NCBI GenBank assembly: GCA_003971905.1
Contig: RSEE01000027.1
Span: 372,001 to 436,000 of the forward strand
Source of the DNA: Moniliella sp. 'wahieum'
Lineage: Eukaryota
Direction: 5' to 3'
DNA length: 64,000 bases
Each line of letters starts with the position of its first letter. The first letter of the stretch is position 1. The position numbers were made by a program, and so were the translations under genes. The notes beneath the pieces were generated by a model. That model ran no database searches. It had not been told where the DNA came from and saw only the letters and a list, made by a program, of their open reading frames with translations. Below are positions 60,104 to 64,000 of this stretch, one piece after another.

Positions 60104-62027
60104 TTACTCCGCCTCCTCACAAGCAGCCCGAACAAACCGGTCCACTTGCGAAGCAAAGTACCACTCCTCCATCCCCTTTTCCATCACACCATACGCACCC
60201 CGGTCGGTTAAGCACATGCGACCGCGGGGATGCGTGATGGGGTAGGGACACTTTCCGATCCATCCCATCCGCCTCCTTGGTTCCTCGCTGCGCCAGGGGG
60301 GGGCAAGACCCGGATAGTCATCGTTTCGAGACCCAGTACAATTGGCCGCTTGCCACCCCAGAGCAGACGCCCCTCGCAGAGATCCAGCCCGGTGCGTCCC
60401 CACTCTCGGGTCCACTCTTGCATCGTGCCAACGTAGGGCGAGAAGCCCCAGATCGAGTATGCTTCCACTGCCGGTTCCGGCAGTTCCAGCATCAGTAAAG
60501 TCTCGGGTCCCCGAGGTGGAGAGGGATGGTCGCTTTCCGCTCCATCAGCCTGTTCCTCCTCCTCCAGCACCTTCCCCTTACCATGGAGTGCGTTCGGAAG
60601 ACCGACGGGAGAGTGCGTCATCAAGCGTGCAAAGTAGTCACGGTAGTTCTTCAACACAAGCAGTGTCGTCCCGCTCGACGCAAGCAACGTTCCACTTGCT
60701 TCCTCCAGCTCGACCATGGCCCAGCCACGACGGTAGCGGTAGCGGTGAATCACGTCCCAATGGGTCTGATCCAGTCCGTACCCGGATCACCAAGAGGTCA
60801 ACATAACAGGATCCACACAGAACGACGAAAGAGAAGAACGTACACTCGGTGTGGCGGAGCCCTGTGGGCCCTTCATAGGGGTCTGTTCGCCTTCATATGA
60901 TACCTGCATCCACTTGTGCTCCCGTGCATACGGAGGGCGGTGCGCATGGCTAGGCATGTACCCCATCCGGGAACGTTGCCCGAATCAAAGGGAAAGGGGC
61001 CTTGCTCCAACGACCAGATCACCTCGCCTGTATCGAGGTGCACCACCACCACGTCCGCGCCATCTTGCTGCGGAATGCCAATCATGCCCGGATGTCCATG
61101 TGGCAGGGTACAGGCAACGACGAGAAAGCCCCTCGGGTCAATGGCAAATGCCTTGATGCTTCGCAGGCCCAGATGTTCCAAGGAGAGTGTACGGCGATCT
61201 GTGGGGGTGATGGTTTGCAATCGATGCTGGTTTAACAGGTACATCTGCTGACCTACTTGTCGCACGTGGACGGGACACGCGGGGGAACACAACGTGTTCC
61301 GTCGCGCTCGGCACAAAGCCCACACCCTTCTTTTGGTACAGATCGATCTGCACTTGTTCTTCTCCTGCCTCTGCCTCTTCCTGCGCCTCTCTGCCGTTGA
61401 CGCCATCGCCATCTGGCGCGCCTTGTGCTTGGGGCGGAGGAGGGGCTTCATGGGCGTGGGGCGGATGCACGATAGCCAACCAGCCGTGGCTATATTCCAA
61501 TTGGCAATGGGGTGGGACGGTGGCAGAGGGGGCAGTCCAGAGAATTTGGCCGGTACGGGTCTGCACTTGCATCCCGCCTTGTTCAAAGCCAAGCAGGAGC
61601 AAGTCATCTACGTTGCGTATGCTGCACGGTGTGCTGGGCAATGCGATCTGATGGCCCGCATACGAAGAGGATGATGTGTTGGACGGTAGCGGCGGACACA
61701 GTTGGAGCTGGGTGAGAGCGTGAAGCTGCACAAAGCGTCGCCAACTGCTGTGGGCAAGGCGGTGCATCGCACGGTCGCTCTTGCTTCCAAGCGGCGGATG
61801 GAGACGCATCGCGTCCGCCAAGCATACCGCCGGCGGGGAAGGTACCGGCGCGCAAGACGGCGCCAGAGCCATTCGGTGTGGGCGTACTGGCGCCAGCGCC
61901 GGCTGGCCTGCGCAACGGTCAGAACGTCTTGCATGGGGAGGTAGGCCAGGATGTCGAGCGCCACTTCATAGGGCACGGCTTGAAGCAAGTCTTTCTTCGA
62001 GGGCACAGAAGATGATGCACTGCGCAT
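60104..62027 (-). CDS. F-box domain protein (C-terminal region possibly beta-propeller-like)
   Basis: N-terminal F-box LQAVPYEVALDILAYLPMQDVLTVAQASRRWRQYAHTEWLWRRL. Downstream ORFs 60873, 60208 and 60104 continue on the same strand. Probable intron 60766-60843. Confidence 0.8.
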
Positions 62028-64000
62028 GATGCACGACGGGAGGGGGGCGTCCGGATGGGGACGAGCGAGAGGGACGGGCGGCTGGCTACAGGTTATACTT
62101 CGGCGTGCTGCCGGTAACCGGTACGAACCGTACCTAATTGTAATAGCGGGGAAGCGTGAGTTGTACTATAATACTAGCGCCTAGCTGCTGGCTGAGGCTC
62201 TAGGCCTGTCTGCAGACACCCCAGCCCACACACCTACCCGGTACGCGGCAACCAATACACTGCCGGCACCCGCGTGGGGGCGCCGCTCCCCCGCGGGCCT
62301 CAGCCTGACGCACTCAGTGCCCAGTACAGTACTCAGCCCAGCCCCTCCGCCGCCATCGGTCTAACAGCGCCAGACTGCACTCAGCCTACCACAGCCTATA
62401 CCCAACTTACCCCAGAATCGACACAATCCCCGGCCCGCAATAGTGTGCACATGCGGGGTAGCCGGTAACCGGTAACTCTTGCACGACGTGTTGGCCCGCC
62501 CGCTCAGGGCCTCACGCGTCACGCCTGAGCCGCCGGCCGCACTCCACGCCTGCCTGTCTCCACCCGCTCTCCCACCCGCGACCGGGTTTGAAGCTCCGCT
62601 TGACTATACGCTCACCATTCAGATTCATTTCATAGTCACAGTCGTACGCGTTCCCTCCGTTGTACGGTCCGTGTTGCTACGTTGATATGCGCTCTGATCG
62701 ACGTTCGAGAGATACAGTGGTGAGCGTCGCAGGCTCGGGCGATCGAGGCTCCTACCATATGCGTTCACGAACGTCAGACGAGTGTTTCAGAGCAGTTTGC
62801 TCGGACCCGGACCCCCACACCAGAGCTGTGCCACCTGGAGGTGCATTGTCCCATGTCATACGCTGTCCTAACAAGGAGACCGACTAAACTCCGTCGACGG
62901 GGGGCGGTGGTGGAGTTGTTGAATATCTTTTGGAACCACTGGCGTACTGCGTATTCAGTACTGACACATTATTGGCGTTTTTAACGCACGTTGGCGAGGA
63001 TAGCAAAATGAAGATCAAATGGGTTAATGACCGCCCCCCTCCCCCAAACTCCTGCATCACACCACAGCGGGCTCACATGTCACATGTCACAGGCACACCG
63101 CCCCACCCCCACCTTGCCATCTCTCTGGCAGCCAGGCGCTATACAGCAGGGCCCGAATTGCGCCTACCAACGCAGGAGTAGTGCGTGCTGGCCTATACTA
63201 CGCACGCGTGTGCTTATGCATCGAGACAAACAAATCGTGTCCATCGCCCACAGGAGGCGTGACGCGTGACGTGACGCGTGATGCGGGAGAGCGAGCTGGT
63301 CCGTGTGAGCCACATCGCCCCATCACCAATCAGATCACGAACACGACCGATTGCGTTTCTCCTGTCCCAATAAGCGAGTAGCGGATTTATGCCAGCAGGG
63401 CCAACAGACTCGATATACCGCGGCTGCGACGCTCAGCTGGGAACTGCACGGCTCAAATCCCCCCCCTCCTGCCTACACCCTCCAGAAGCATTCCATGTCA
63501 ACTGTCAGCGCCCTCAGCACTGGCAGACTACTCAACCACGCAGCTCACTTTCCAAGCCCCCACATCGCGTAACGCCACTAAATACCACACCAAGGAGATC
63601 ATTCGCATGCCAGTGTGGAGAGAGGGCAACTCAGCTCACGGTGGACTCTCAGTGCCGGCATCAATTAAAGTCTCCATTGATCTTTTTTGCCACCGTCGGC
63701 CGATGTTACACACCACGAGGGGAAGCTGGGGTACCGTCGGACTCAATCCACCCGTTCGGCTTCCTCGCTGCATTATACGGCGCCCCCCACGTCGATACCA
63801 ACGCAAGAAAGCGGAGAGGTATCCTGGACCTTACCATATAGTATCTTGCCCCACAGCTTCCTCAGTTGAACTGCTGAGCGCAGTCGAGTCGATGCTCCCG
63901 CGTCACATGCATCACAGGGCTTGATTCCCGGCCTGAGGACTTTTAACAGAGAGTGATCCAGGCCAGCGACATGATGAACGACAAGTTTTCGCCGCGATGG

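Noticed and set aside
62640..64000. Short + ORFs at the window end
   Set aside because: No motif, splice pattern or codon bias sufficient to call a gene.

Overview
GC-rich, gene-dense eukaryotic nuclear DNA from a fungus. It is most likely a basidiomycete and plausibly Ustilaginomycotina (inference from short GTACGT/GTGAGT...CTRAC...YAG introns, few introns per gene and protein styles). Nearly every gene carries 1-2 bp indels, even essential ones (RPL4, RPB11, eIF6, PSST), so this looks like an unpolished long-read assembly. CDS coordinates below are therefore gene spans stitched across frames and introns. Recognisable genes: RSC9-like, mitochondrial IleRS, ORC3, a SPOUT1-type methyltransferase, an ATO/GPR1 acetate transporter, OM14-like, MGR3-like, NDUFS7/PSST, RPP1, a divergent LETM1-domain protein, SLC35F6-like, TIF6, TIM9, RRP8, STT4, an OCH1-family mannosyltransferase, RPB11, RPL4, GAL7 and an F-box protein. 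There are also two intron-containing tRNA-Lys(CUU) genes and several orphan genes. The most striking unexplained signal is a dispersed intergenic 7-bp lattice: T[G/C]A followed by a 4-nt, usually self-complementary, spacer. It recurs in most long intergenic regions with different spacers but the same phase. Also notable are a non-canonical D-arm shared by both tRNA-Lys copies, a TATA-preceded 63-aa candidate mitochondrial micro-protein, and a LETM1-domain protein with no visible transmembrane helix. All family assignments are from recalled motifs; no database searches were run.
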